IMG/VR virus record: IMGVR_UViG_3300049216_000317 | Span: 20,961-84,960 of that record | DNA: 64,000 nucleotides | Origin: a virus | Taxonomy: Duplodnaviria; Heunggongvirae; Uroviricota; Caudoviricetes | Reading direction: 5' to 3' (one strand) | Part shown: positions 36,521 through 46,434 of the stretch, in pieces | How positions within the stretch are numbered: the first letter of the stretch is position 1 | Layout of the letters: each line of letters starts with the position of its first letter | The notes under the pieces: generated by a model | What the model was told of the DNA's origin: nothing | What the model saw: the letters and a program-made list of their open reading frames with translations, nothing else | Database searches by the model: none | Position numbers and translations under genes: made by a program

Positions 36521-37381
36521 ATGAGAAACTTTTTGATCGTCATCTTTTGCTTACTTGTTTGCGTAAGTCTGCCAATTGTTCATATGGCGATTACCAAGAA
36601 TCTATCAAGCGATGTGATCACGCTGAATGCTTCTAATACGATCGTTTTGGACGCTGAAGTTAATGGCGATTCTGAAGGCCAGCTTTTGGCCATGGCTCTG
36701 TCGACCGACAAACAATTGCGCCCTGGCGATCCGATCTATCTTTACCTTCAAACGCCAGGCGGTAGTGTGACGGCTGGCGAAGAAATCATTGAAGTTTTGC
36801 ATGGCCTTGGACGTCCAGTTCATACCATCACGGCACACGCTGCCAGCATGGGCTTTTTAATCGCTCAGAACCTCGGTACACGCTATATTCTCTCGACGGG
36901 CGTAATGATGAGCCACCGCGCCTCCGGTGGCGTGGAGGGTTCGTTTGGCGGCAAAGAGCCTAGCCAAATGCAAAGCCGCTACAATCAGCTTTTGCGTGAA
37001 ATGGAAACTTTTGATCTGCAAGTCGTGAAACGTTCAAACGGAAAACAGACTTTAGAAAGCTATCGCCAGGCAAATGACCAGGAACTTTATGCCCGAGGCC
37101 AAGATGCCGTCGACAAAGGGTATGCGGACCAAGTTGCCAAGGTTAAATGCGGCGCGTCTTTAAGTGGCACGACAACGTTCGTTCAAAAAGCAAACGGACT
37201 GCAAGTCGAATTCCAAATGGCAAACTGTCCTCTCGATTCGAATCCGCAGAACATCCGAGTTATTGCGCCAAAGGTCAAAAACATGATTCCGCCCACCGAA
37301 GATCAAATTCGCGAAACTAAGCGAATTTTCTTGCAGGAATTTAACCGCGCACGCGCAAGCACGATCCCTCTGGAGTTATAA
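36521..37381 (+). CDS. ClpP-fold serine protease with N-terminal signal/anchor (NfeD/SppA-like)
   Basis: PIYLYLQTPGGSVTAG, AASMGFLIA (Ser), MMSHRASGG (His) collinear with ClpP; N-term MRNFLIVIFCLLVCVSLPIV hydrophobic. Confidence 0.65.
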   Translation: MRNFLIVIFCLLVCVSLPIVHMAITKNLSSDVITLNASNTIVLDAEVNGDSEGQLLAMALSTDKQLRPGDPIYLYLQTPGGSVTAGEEIIEVLHGLGRPVHTITAHAASMGFLIAQNLGTRYILSTGVMMSHRASGGVEGSFGGKEPSQMQSRYNQLLREMETFDLQVVKRSNGKQTLESYRQANDQELYARGQDAVDKGYADQVAKVKCGASLSGTTTFVQKANGLQVEFQMANCPLDSNPQNIRVIAPKVKNMIPPTEDQIRETKRIFLQEFNRARASTIPLEL

Positions 37382-37632
37382 TGCCGATCATGGCTTTTGT
37401 TTGCCCAGACGGGCATATTGTTAAAAAGTTCCTGCGCAAAGTGCCCAAGGGAGAACTGTCCTTCCGCTGTCCGGGATGTGGCAAGCCCTTAAGTCATCAA
37501 CTCTGTGCGCCAAATTCACAATCCCTGGTTATTGTGGATAACGGCGTTCAAGCTAAAGCGGTCGAAGTAAATCTGGATATGGTCGAAAAGATCCGTGAAC
37601 AATCAACTAAAGATTTTTCAGAAAAAGACTAG
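37381..37632 (+). CDS. zinc-ribbon protein
   Basis: CPDGH..CPGCGKPL; 83 aa. Confidence 0.4.
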   Translation: MPIMAFVCPDGHIVKKFLRKVPKGELSFRCPGCGKPLSHQLCAPNSQSLVIVDNGVQAKAVEVNLDMVEKIREQSTKDFSEKD

Positions 37633-37663
37633 CCAAAAGCACGCATGCTTGTAACGATTTGGC

Positions 37664-39775
37664 ATGCTGAAGTTCAAGACACTGACATTTCAAAATATCG
37701 GCCTTTTTGTTACACCTCAAACGGTCGAAATCGACAAGCTTGGTCGACTCGTTCAAATTGAGGGCAAAAACCTCAACACCGGGGGCTCTTCCGGGGCCGC
37801 AAAGACAACGATTTTCAATGCAATCGACTTTCTTTTTGGTCTCAATGACATCTCAAACTCAGATCTGCAATCTCGACTGACAAAAGACAGCATTAGCGTT
37901 TCCGGTCTTTTTGATTACGACGGTAAAATTCTAAAAATCACCCGTGGCAAAAAGCTTGTAATTGAAATCGATGGCGAGACGACGACCGGAAGTTCCAAAA
38001 TTGCCGAAGAAAAACTTGATCAAATTCTTGGCGTTTCGCGCGAGCTATTTCGAGCCATGCTTCATAAGCGCCAAAAAGAGGGCGGCTTTTTCCTGGACCT
38101 TAAGCCAGGCGATACATACGATTTTTTGACCGACTGTTTGGGGCTCAAAGAAATGCGTATGAAAGCGGAAATCGCCGAAAGCGCGGCTTCTGAATTTCGA
38201 AAACAATTGATCGTCCAAAATACCACGCTAGAAAGCGCTAAAGCTGCCGTGGAGGCGATCAACAATGCTTTGCTTGCTCTGGGTGACCGCCCAGCGATTC
38301 GTCATACTGACGAGGAACTCAGCAAACTATACGAGGCAGCGCGTAATGCTAGCTACGTCGTCGACAATCTCAATCAAAGACAGATTGCGGAGCTTGCTGA
38401 ATTAGAAAAAACAAGACCTGTAGCCGAAGTTGATCAGTTTGATGGATCAAAACTTGAAGCACTTTATCAGCGAAAAAAGGCTTTAGAAGACGAAACGAGC
38501 CTTTTGCGCGTTGAAGAAGTTAAAATAGCTGCTGCGCAAAAAGAGATCTCGCACCAAAAGCAGGCTAAATTTGTGCGCCAAGAAACCGACAAAAAAGCTC
38601 AGGTGAAAGTCCTCGATGGCTTCGCTGCCGCAGGCAAAAGAGCAAATGACCGCGCAATTCAGATCGCAACAGAGATCAAGGCGATCCGCGCACAAACTTG
38701 CTTTACCTGTCACCAAACCTGGACCACCGAGACTGCGAAAAAGAAGGAACGAGACCTTCTTGCTGAATTGGCTGATGTCCGAAAGGTTATGCAGGAAGGA
38801 ACAGACGCTTCGATCAAGGCCGAACTGCTTCTTTCGGAAATAGCAGCAGATCGTCTACGCCATGAAAAGGAAATGCAGGAATCTTTGGTTCCCATAGCGA
38901 GCAACCCTCGTCTTGCGGAGATTGCCGCCATATATTCTGCCGTCCTTGCGGATATTAAAAACGAAGCCGATAACCGCTCGCTTTATATGAAAGAATTGAC
39001 GGCAAAAAACGAAGCCAAAATGAAAGCTTTCGTTGATTCCGTTAATAAAATGAAAAATGAGCATGCGCGATTGATTGGAATGCTTTTAGAAGACCATCGT
39101 CAAAAAGACAGCGCGCATAAAATTGCCATGAGCAACGTTGAATCCGACCGTGCAGCAGTTGAACGCTACGAAAAGTCGACCCTGCAAATGATGCGTCAAC
39201 ACGAAGCTGCCGTTACCAAGCTTTCGGAAGCAACAAACGACCTTGTTCGTACAAAACGGCGTTCTTCTATGGCGGATGAGGCCCGACGGGCCATCAAAGA
39301 ATACACTTCACGTCAATTCGATGGCGCCTTGCAGGTGATTAGCGAAAACGCCACCAAGACAATCCGCCAGATCCCCAATATGCGAACGGCTACGGTCGAA
39401 ATTTCGGCAACTAAAGAGACTGGTGATGGGCGCGTCAAAGAAGAAGTGAATAAAATGATTCACATGAACGGCGAAGAAAAGATCTCGATTAAGACTTTGT
39501 CTGGCGGTGAGCGCACTTCTGCCGATTTGGCCGTAGATCTGGCCGTTATGCAGTTTGCGGAAGAAACTGCCGGTAAGGGAATCGACTTATTTTTGCTGGA
39601 CGAGCCATTTACTGGACTAGAGGCCGTAAATATTGAAGCGATCGTCGAAATGCTCAAAGTATCCAGCCTTACAAAGCGCATCATGGTCGTGGACCATAAT
39701 CCGATTATTGCTGAAACCTTCGAATCAAAGCTCCTGGTACAGCGAAACGGGTCCAGTAGTTTTCTATTAGCTTAA
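37664..39775 (+). CDS. SbcC/Rad50-family ATPase
   Basis: N-term GGSSGAAKTTIFNAIDF (Walker A), long coiled-coil, C-term LSGGERTSADLAV signature and LFLLDEPF Walker B. Confidence 0.75.
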   Translation: MLKFKTLTFQNIGLFVTPQTVEIDKLGRLVQIEGKNLNTGGSSGAAKTTIFNAIDFLFGLNDISNSDLQSRLTKDSISVSGLFDYDGKILKITRGKKLVIEIDGETTTGSSKIAEEKLDQILGVSRELFRAMLHKRQKEGGFFLDLKPGDTYDFLTDCLGLKEMRMKAEIAESAASEFRKQLIVQNTTLESAKAAVEAINNALLALGDRPAIRHTDEELSKLYEAARNASYVVDNLNQRQIAELAELEKTRPVAEVDQFDGSKLEALYQRKKALEDETSLLRVEEVKIAAAQKEISHQKQAKFVRQETDKKAQVKVLDGFAAAGKRANDRAIQIATEIKAIRAQTCFTCHQTWTTETAKKKERDLLAELADVRKVMQEGTDASIKAELLLSEIAADRLRHEKEMQESLVPIASNPRLAEIAAIYSAVLADIKNEADNRSLYMKELTAKNEAKMKAFVDSVNKMKNEHARLIGMLLEDHRQKDSAHKIAMSNVESDRAAVERYEKSTLQMMRQHEAAVTKLSEATNDLVRTKRRSSMADEARRAIKEYTSRQFDGALQVISENATKTIRQIPNMRTATVEISATKETGDGRVKEEVNKMIHMNGEEKISIKTLSGGERTSADLAVDLAVMQFAEETAGKGIDLFLLDEPFTGLEAVNIEAIVEMLKVSSLTKRIMVVDHNPIIAETFESKLLVQRNGSSSFLLA

Positions 39776-39834
39776 ATTCAATTGCGTAAATAGTAAATAA
39801 CGTCTTATCCTGGTTTCTCAAACGGAGGAACCAA

Positions 39835-40122
39835 ATGGGTAAGTTCAAAGAAAAGCTGTCGTTCGAAGAGAAACTTCAAAAGGACGAGCCAGCATTCTGT
39901 TCTAGCGTTGACGGCATGGGCGTTGAGGCACTCAACAAAGAACTCGTGCGCTACGCGAAATATAGCGAAGAAATCCAATCGGAAATCGAAAACAGTGCGG
40001 CGCTTAAAGAGGCCAAAGAGGCTCTTAAGCTTATCACTGGACCTTTCAACGATGCCAAAAAAGGCAATCGCACAAAAATGCGCTACATCATCAATTTGAT
40101 TAAGGCAAAAGGCGGCCAGTAA
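39835..40122 (+). CDS. hypothetical protein
   Basis: 95 aa, RBS GGAGG; directly precedes resolvase. Confidence 0.4.
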   Translation: MGKFKEKLSFEEKLQKDEPAFCSSVDGMGVEALNKELVRYAKYSEEIQSEIENSAALKEAKEALKLITGPFNDAKKGNRTKMRYIINLIKAKGGQ

Positions 40123-40782
40123 GTGACTGAGCGGGTCTTGGCCTTGGATATGAGCACAAAGACGGGCTGGGCGATGATGACAATCGTCGACCAAAAGCTT
40201 GTGCTCAATGCATATGGCCAGTTTCCCGCAATTTCGGAGCCAGCATACCCTTACCCCGAATCCTATCTGGTCTGGGCCAATCAAATCTTCGAAAAAATCA
40301 GAGATCTCTTCGATACGTTCAACCCTGATATAGCAGTTATAGAAGAAACGGCTGGCGGCTCGAAATCGAATTATTCGCAGAAGATTCTCGAATTCATTCA
40401 TTTCAGGGTTGCGCGATATGTGACCGACAGAGGAACTCCGACCAAATACTTTATGACTGAAGAATGGCGAAGAATCTGCGGATGCAAGATGACCAAAGAG
40501 GAGTCGAAGCGAAACAAAGAGGTTCGTGATTTCAAGAAGAAACACGGAACAAAGCTTGCGAAAAATACTGATGGAAAGGTGATTGGCCGCATTGGCCGAA
40601 AGCACGTAAATGTCCGTCGAGCCAATGAAATCTTCGATGGTCAGCTGAAAGAAGCACTTCGTAAAAAAGACGAAGATACGGCGGACGCGCTCCTTTTAGG
40701 GGCGGCCTATCATCTTCAAAAGTGGGCTCCCACAAAGCAAACAACCCTGAAAGGACTTAGGGATAATGGAAAAACAGCTTAA
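40123..40782 (+). CDS. RuvC-like Holliday junction resolvase
   Basis: LALDMSTKTGWAM (first Asp), IAVIEETAGG (Glu), C-term DALLLGAAY; GTG start. Confidence 0.55.
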   Translation: MTERVLALDMSTKTGWAMMTIVDQKLVLNAYGQFPAISEPAYPYPESYLVWANQIFEKIRDLFDTFNPDIAVIEETAGGSKSNYSQKILEFIHFRVARYVTDRGTPTKYFMTEEWRRICGCKMTKEESKRNKEVRDFKKKHGTKLAKNTDGKVIGRIGRKHVNVRRANEIFDGQLKEALRKKDEDTADALLLGAAYHLQKWAPTKQTTLKGLRDNGKTA

Positions 40783-41407
40783 GCCAGAGATTGTCGTAAC
40801 ACAATTCAGTGAAACCGCCGTTCATGAATATATCGACAAGCTCGAACTGATCACAGACGCGTTCGGTCCCGAACAGCCCATCGTTCTGAAAATTGATAGC
40901 TACGGTGGCGCGGCCTATGGGTTGATTATGCTTCTGGAACATTTGAAAACGATGCCCAATCCGATTGCAACATACACGATCTCAAAAGCTATGTCGGCAG
41001 GAGCATTCCTTCTATCGATCGGTGGAAGCAAAGGCCTTCGAATGGCGAGTCCGCATTCGACGATCATGGTTCACGAGATTCAAGCTGGCGCGATGGGCGA
41101 CATGAAAGAATTAGAGCAGCAAATGGGAACCTTGGTTGCTCTGAATGAACGGATTTTGACCATGTTTGCACACGCAATTGGTTTGAAGACCGCAAGCGAC
41201 GTTCGCGCTTTGATTAAGAGTCGCTCAGTTGGACATGATTTGACGATCTCCGCCTTGGAAGCCCAGCAACTGGGGTTCATCGACAAAGTCGGATACATGC
41301 GCATTGAACCAAATATGAGATTTGACCTTCACATGAGTCTTGTCGGGGCGAAGCCCGAAAAAACAAAGCCCGCCAAGAAAAAGAGACGACCAGGAGCAAA
41401 TAAATGA
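40766..41407 (+). CDS. ClpP-fold serine protease (second copy, cytoplasmic)
   Basis: IDSYGGAAYG, AMSAGAFLL (Ser), IMVHEIQAG (His); Lys-rich C-term. Confidence 0.65.
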   Translation: MEKQLKPEIVVTQFSETAVHEYIDKLELITDAFGPEQPIVLKIDSYGGAAYGLIMLLEHLKTMPNPIATYTISKAMSAGAFLLSIGGSKGLRMASPHSTIMVHEIQAGAMGDMKELEQQMGTLVALNERILTMFAHAIGLKTASDVRALIKSRSVGHDLTISALEAQQLGFIDKVGYMRIEPNMRFDLHMSLVGAKPEKTKPAKKKRRPGANK

Positions 41408-42303
41408 ATTTTTGGGACCAGCCAGAACCCTTCGTTGATCGACCAATGGGTCAAGACGAAGAAGTTACGATGCAAGATTATGCAACACCACCACCAGTTC
41501 GCCGTTCGGCCCCAGCGCAACGTGCCGAGGAAGTCGTTCAAGAAGTCATGAGCGAAGATGAAGAGTTCGAAGATACCGAATGGTTGACAGACGCACGTCT
41601 GCGACTTGAGCAAGGTCGTTTATACGAACTGCTCATGAATCACAATATGTTCGAAGGCGTCCAGGCGGATGCTCGTGCCATTCGAAATGTGCAGCGTGAA
41701 ATTCGTCAATACGCGAAAGAACGTATGGAAATCATGCTCGGAATGCGCCAAATGGCGGCTCCGGTTCAGCAGGCCCAAAGTTCAGTACCGTTCAACGAAA
41801 TGGAACTTCAAGTTTTACGTTTGCTGGCCAACAAAGCCTCTGGCGGCAAAACAGCAGAACAGCCCGCTCCAGCACGAGAAGGCTTGGCACCTATGGTAGC
41901 CCCCCCGCAACCACCAAAAGCCGTTGCAAAGCCAATGGTAGCTCAAAAACCAGCACCTTTAGCTAAAGCAGAAAAACCTTTGCCGAAATCCCCCCAAAAG
42001 CCAATCGAACGAAAGAAAGACCCAATCGTTGATCGTATCTTGCGTGAGGAAGGTCTGACGAGAGAGCACCTAGAGGAAAACTATCGTCCTTTGGATAAAG
42101 ATCCTTCGCAAATGACAGAAGAAGAGAAGATTCAGCGCAATCAAGAAATCACGAAGCGCCGGCGTCTTCAAACGAAGTCAGATTCGGCAAAGCCAATGCC
42201 GTCATTTGAGCAGCAGAACGCTTATTATTCCCAGCAGGCGGCTCAAGTCGCTGGTGGGCCGATGTCCCTTTTGCTCGCAGCAGTCGCCAATAAGAATAAA
42301 TAA
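41404..42303 (+). CDS. hypothetical protein (acidic N-term, Pro/Ala/Lys-rich C-term)
   Basis: 299 aa, ATGA-coupled to ClpP-like gene. Confidence 0.45.
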   Translation: MNFWDQPEPFVDRPMGQDEEVTMQDYATPPPVRRSAPAQRAEEVVQEVMSEDEEFEDTEWLTDARLRLEQGRLYELLMNHNMFEGVQADARAIRNVQREIRQYAKERMEIMLGMRQMAAPVQQAQSSVPFNEMELQVLRLLANKASGGKTAEQPAPAREGLAPMVAPPQPPKAVAKPMVAQKPAPLAKAEKPLPKSPQKPIERKKDPIVDRILREEGLTREHLEENYRPLDKDPSQMTEEEKIQRNQEITKRRRLQTKSDSAKPMPSFEQQNAYYSQQAAQVAGGPMSLLLAAVANKNK

Positions 42304-42334
42304 CACCTGATATAGGTTCAATAAGGAGTTCAAC

Positions 42335-42862
42335 ATGCAACAAAAACAAGCCCCAGTAGCCCCGAAACGTAATGCCGCCCAACGACTCGATGACCTCGAA
42401 GCAGGTATGTCGCAGTTTTTTAACGCATTCAACAACCTTGCCGCAGAGACGATGACTATTAAAGAAGCCATCAAGCTATTGGGCAATAAAACAGAGTCGA
42501 TCGTACAAGTGATCGGCGAAGGTAAGCCCGTCAACGACGATACGATCTCGGCACAGATGGTTGAAAACAATGTAACGACACTTAAAGAAGCCGTTACAAA
42601 AATGATCAGCGACAAAATCTTGGTTGAGCAAGATGCGATCTCGATGACTAGCTTTGTCGTCGGTCAAGAAATCAACGACGAAGGAAAAGTCATTCAACCT
42701 CGCACGCAATTCGCTCTTGCCGCGATTCCAAATGAGCTTCAGCAAAAATGTCTGGGCGCTAAGCCAGGCGACGTTTTGGAACTTCAACCAGGCAAACTGA
42801 AACTCTCAGTGCAAGAAGTTTACAACATTTGCATGCCGGAGCAGCCCAAACAAGAAGCGTAA
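42335..42862 (+). CDS. hypothetical protein
   Basis: 175 aa, RBS AAGGAG; TGATATAGG -10-like element upstream. Confidence 0.45.
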   Translation: MQQKQAPVAPKRNAAQRLDDLEAGMSQFFNAFNNLAAETMTIKEAIKLLGNKTESIVQVIGEGKPVNDDTISAQMVENNVTTLKEAVTKMISDKILVEQDAISMTSFVVGQEINDEGKVIQPRTQFALAAIPNELQQKCLGAKPGDVLELQPGKLKLSVQEVYNICMPEQPKQEA

Positions 42863-42916
42863 TCTTAAAGTTAACGGGCACTAACGACTGTTTAGTGCCT
42901 TTCTTGTGGGGGTTGG

Positions 42917-44125
42917 ATGTTTCAAGACCAGAAGTTCACAGATGCCGAAATAGCTTTTATTGCCGCCCTCAAAGAGGATTCCGGCATGGGCTGGCCCGAA
43001 ATTACCGATAAGTTCAATAAAAAGTTCAAGAATGATAAAAGCTCAAATGCTGTTCGTAAAGGCTATGAGCGGGCTCGGGATCGTATTTCTGGCGGGAACG
43101 GCGAATACGTTCGTTTATTTCGATCCGTCGCTACTACTAAAAAGAACAACTCATTAAATTCCAAAGATCTGCGCAATGTTTTAAAAGCTTGGGATGAACG
43201 CGAAGATATTTTAGAGGCCATCAAAGGCGCAGCATCTGACGTTAATAAGGTAAAAGTACCGCCTAGAACAAAGTCGAGCAAGGGCAAGCCTTGTATGACA
43301 ATGGAATTACTCATTAGCGATGTTCACGTAGGTAAACTGACGGATACATTCAATCACGATGTTTTGAAGAGACGCCTCATGCAGCTTTCTTCGACCATGA
43401 TCAAGGAAATGCATAAAAACTCGCTGACCAGTAAAATTGATCGCGTAATCCTGGCATTTCTTGGGGATTTAATCGAATCGTCAACCATGCACGGAACCGA
43501 GTCGGCTAAAGGTTGCGAATTCGGGAATTCTCGGCAAGTTCAAGAATGCTTGGTTCACCTGTTCAATCTCGTTGTTGTCCCGATCTCTCAAGCGGCAGCC
43601 CAATATGGCGCGACGGTTGATTGCGTAGGCGTTGCGGGAAACCATGATCGCACAGAACATGATCGTACCTATAACCGCGTTGGCGAAGAAAATGTGACCT
43701 GGATCATCTATAATTCGATGAAAGAGTTCACAAAGCTTGCCGGACTAAAAGATGTCAGCTGGCATATCCCCGTTGACCCTTATATTCGCTTGGAAATCTA
43801 TGGCGAAGGCGTTTTGTTTGAACATTATGACAACGCCAAAGGAAACACGCGCGCAGCGCTCGAAAACCTGCTTGCAAAGCGTGTGAATCAGCTTAAAAAG
43901 CCTATTCGCTTCATGCGCGGTGGGCATTTCCACGAACCAACAGAATATGGCGTCGGCAAAATCATCATTAACGGAAACGTTCCCGGAAACGATGGTTATA
44001 GCACCTCGCATGGATTTGATTGCGAGCCTACTCAGACGCTGAATTTTTATATCGAACGCGAGAAAGGTGACTCGGTTAAGCGTGAAACGTCTTTCTACAA
44101 ACGAATGCTTATCCAGCTAAATTGA
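42917..44125 (+). CDS. calcineurin-like metallophosphoesterase with N-terminal HTH-like region
   Basis: SDVHVG, LGDLIE, GNHD motifs; 402 aa. Confidence 0.55.
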   Translation: MFQDQKFTDAEIAFIAALKEDSGMGWPEITDKFNKKFKNDKSSNAVRKGYERARDRISGGNGEYVRLFRSVATTKKNNSLNSKDLRNVLKAWDEREDILEAIKGAASDVNKVKVPPRTKSSKGKPCMTMELLISDVHVGKLTDTFNHDVLKRRLMQLSSTMIKEMHKNSLTSKIDRVILAFLGDLIESSTMHGTESAKGCEFGNSRQVQECLVHLFNLVVVPISQAAAQYGATVDCVGVAGNHDRTEHDRTYNRVGEENVTWIIYNSMKEFTKLAGLKDVSWHIPVDPYIRLEIYGEGVLFEHYDNAKGNTRAALENLLAKRVNQLKKPIRFMRGGHFHEPTEYGVGKIIINGNVPGNDGYSTSHGFDCEPTQTLNFYIEREKGDSVKRETSFYKRMLIQLN

Positions 44126-44126
44126 T

Positions 44127-44516
44127 GTGGGGCACTACGAGGAACGAGTCGCGCTTAGCGGGCAAATCACGAGCCTGTCCGACGAAATACAAATCGCCGC
44201 GAATAAACACGAAGGACTCGCTTTCTCCATTGAAGTTTGTGAAGACCAAATTACGCTTCTTCTGGAAAATATAGCTATCATGAAATCCCCCGGAATCATC
44301 CTCGTTGCGAGCGAATACCGGAAGGCAATCATCGAATTGTCAGAAGCCAAGACCTCTCTCAAAGAACTCAAAAAGAATTTCAGGGAACTCGATATATCTC
44401 TTCGACGATTGCGCGCAAAGTTTGCCAAGCTCGTCGGCCATTCAAATGAACTAAGGCTCGTTACCGGGACAGTTCTTTATGGCAATTTCAAAAGGCCAAA
44501 AAATGGACAAAATTGA
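44127..44516 (+). CDS. hypothetical protein
   Basis: GTG start, 129 aa. Confidence 0.3.
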   Translation: MGHYEERVALSGQITSLSDEIQIAANKHEGLAFSIEVCEDQITLLLENIAIMKSPGIILVASEYRKAIIELSEAKTSLKELKKNFRELDISLRRLRAKFAKLVGHSNELRLVTGTVLYGNFKRPKNGQN

Positions 44517-44715
44517 ACTTTCAAACCGCGTAACGACCGAAGAAGACTACGTTCGCTGCCCGAAATTCGGGAACTCTCTTTCTCGCTTTACAAGCAAAAA
44601 CTCCGACGGGGTTGAAGACGCTGTGATTGCACGGCTTCTTTTGATTTCAGAAGAAGAAGTTGCGCGTCTTTACCAAGAAGCGGTCATAATGCTTCGCGAA
44701 GACATCCTAGACTAA
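44479..44715 (+). CDS. hypothetical protein
   Basis: 78 aa. Confidence 0.3.
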   Translation: MAISKGQKMDKIELSNRVTTEEDYVRCPKFGNSLSRFTSKNSDGVEDAVIARLLLISEEEVARLYQEAVIMLREDILD

Positions 44716-44765
44716 ATTTTTATTGCCTATTTACTATTTTCTACTAAGCTATTAGCGAGGTAGGG

Positions 44766-45431
44766 ATGAAAATAGACGTTTACTGCGATGGATCTGGCAC
44801 CACAGGAAATCGGGCAGCTGGTTTTGGTTGGCTTTTGCTCGTCGATGGAAAAATCCTCCGCGAAGGTAACGGCCATATGGACAAAGGCTCTAACAATGAC
44901 GCCGAGATGCAAGCCGCTATCGCAGGTCTTGCCGCCGCATTTCATTTCTATAAGGCGTGTGTTGCTAGTGGTGAAAAGAACATCATCGTCACCCTTTGTT
45001 CGGATAGCCAAATCACCCTCGGATGGGCCGACGGATCTTACCGATTCAAGCAAGAGCATAAATACGACAAATTCCTGGTGCTAAAAGAGCTTGTAAAGCG
45101 CATGCACGTAAAAACTCGCTGGGTGAAGGGTCACTCGGGCGACGTTTACAACACACGTTGCGATGTGCTCGCGAATCTTGGTCGCCATAAGCTGGCTTGC
45201 AACGAAAAACTTCCCTCAAAACATAAACGTGGAGCTCGCAGCACGAATCGCTACATGGCTGGCTGGAAAGCCCATGCAGAGCATGCCCAAGTTTTAATTG
45301 CGGCTTTGGAGCAAATTCGAAACGGACTGACACCTGATATTAACAGAGTCGAGGCCCTTACAAAGGATCTCGCCCATAAAACCCTTCTGGAATTCGATGC
45401 AAGAGTTCGAGAAGCGAAAGAGGTAAAATGA
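44766..45431 (+). CDS. rnhA: ribonuclease H (RNase HI-like)
   Basis: VYCDGSG (Asp), NNDAEMQA (Glu), CSDSQ (Asp), KGHSG..CDVLA (His/Asp). Confidence 0.8.
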   Translation: MKIDVYCDGSGTTGNRAAGFGWLLLVDGKILREGNGHMDKGSNNDAEMQAAIAGLAAAFHFYKACVASGEKNIIVTLCSDSQITLGWADGSYRFKQEHKYDKFLVLKELVKRMHVKTRWVKGHSGDVYNTRCDVLANLGRHKLACNEKLPSKHKRGARSTNRYMAGWKAHAEHAQVLIAALEQIRNGLTPDINRVEALTKDLAHKTLLEFDARVREAKEVK

Positions 45432-46063
45432 ATTACTATTTTGCATTCGATACTGAAACGGGCGGACTTTCGCCAGATGAAGCAGATCTTCTGACTTTTT
45501 ATGGTGCGATCGTCGAGACTGACACATTAAAAGTCATTGATGAACTTTATTTGAAATTGAAGCCAAACAACGGCGAACTTCCCGTTGCGGAAATAGGCGC
45601 GTTGAAAGTCAACGGGATCAAAATCCCCGAGCACATGGCAGATCCAGAAACCATTACCTATAAAGATGGCGCCGCGAAAATTAAAGGAATGCTCTCGAAG
45701 TATTCGAAAAAAGTCGGACGCTCTTTGAACATCAAGCCTTTGGGCTACAACGTACCTTTCGACGAGCGCTGGACATGGAAGCACCTTCTTTCTGAAGAAG
45801 AATGGAAGAAGTTTATGCACTACAAACGTGTCGACGTTATGGAACGCGTAGATTTCCTAAAAGAGTGCAGTTGGTTTCCGCCTGAACTTGGAAGCCTCGG
45901 CTCCGTTAATGAATTCCTCAATTTGCCGAAGCGAAACGCCCACAACGCCAAAGACGATACTTTGATGTGCCTGGACGTTTACGCAGAACTCTTAAAACTT
46001 ATGGCAAGCAAAAAATCTGGTGGGACAACGCAAGACCTGATCTCACTTTTGGAGGCCGAATGA
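45428..46063 (+). CDS. DEDDh 3'-5' exonuclease (DnaQ-like)
   Basis: Exo I FAFDTETGGL, Exo III HNAKDDTLMCLDVY. Confidence 0.7.
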   Translation: MNYYFAFDTETGGLSPDEADLLTFYGAIVETDTLKVIDELYLKLKPNNGELPVAEIGALKVNGIKIPEHMADPETITYKDGAAKIKGMLSKYSKKVGRSLNIKPLGYNVPFDERWTWKHLLSEEEWKKFMHYKRVDVMERVDFLKECSWFPPELGSLGSVNEFLNLPKRNAHNAKDDTLMCLDVYAELLKLMASKKSGGTTQDLISLLEAE

Positions 46064-46434
46064 TGTTCTTTATTCTTTTCGTTTTAGTGGTGTTTATTGT
46101 TGGTGTCGGAATTTCCTCTTGGGCTGAAGAAAGAGCTGACAACCGCGTCAAAGCACGCGCTGCTGAGTGGCTCGAAGCCGAAAAGCAGCGTCCTATGTGT
46201 GCGCTGAAAGTAACTTTTGTTGACGGAACGGATGTCATATCAGATCCGATCCCCCCGCTAGCGCAAATAGGCGATCTGAACACATTTTACCCTTCCACTT
46301 CAAAAGCTTATGCCGAAAGCATGGCCCATAGCATTTTGAGTGGCTCGGGCATCCTGCGCATCCGCGGTAAACGTTGGCCAACTTCTTCAATCAAAGTGAT
46401 TGAGGTTGTTCCAGCCGTGAGCCAGGCAAAATGA
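46060..46434 (+). CDS. hypothetical membrane protein (N-terminal TM helix)
   Basis: MMFFILFVLVVFIVGVGISSW; RBS GGAGG; ATGA overlap. Confidence 0.4.
   Translation: MMFFILFVLVVFIVGVGISSWAEERADNRVKARAAEWLEAEKQRPMCALKVTFVDGTDVISDPIPPLAQIGDLNTFYPSTSKAYAESMAHSILSGSGILRIRGKRWPTSSIKVIEVVPAVSQAK

Noticed and set aside
37225-37245. tRNA T-loop-like string TTCGAATCC
   Set aside because: It lies inside the ClpP-like coding sequence with no flanking acceptor or anticodon stem complementarity. No convincing tRNA was found elsewhere by eye.
39805-40605. 266-aa minus-strand ORF
   Set aside because: It lies entirely antisense to two well-supported plus-strand genes (39835..40122 and the RuvC-like resolvase) within a uniformly plus-strand block, and has a Phe/Leu/Arg-rich composition typical of antisense frames.
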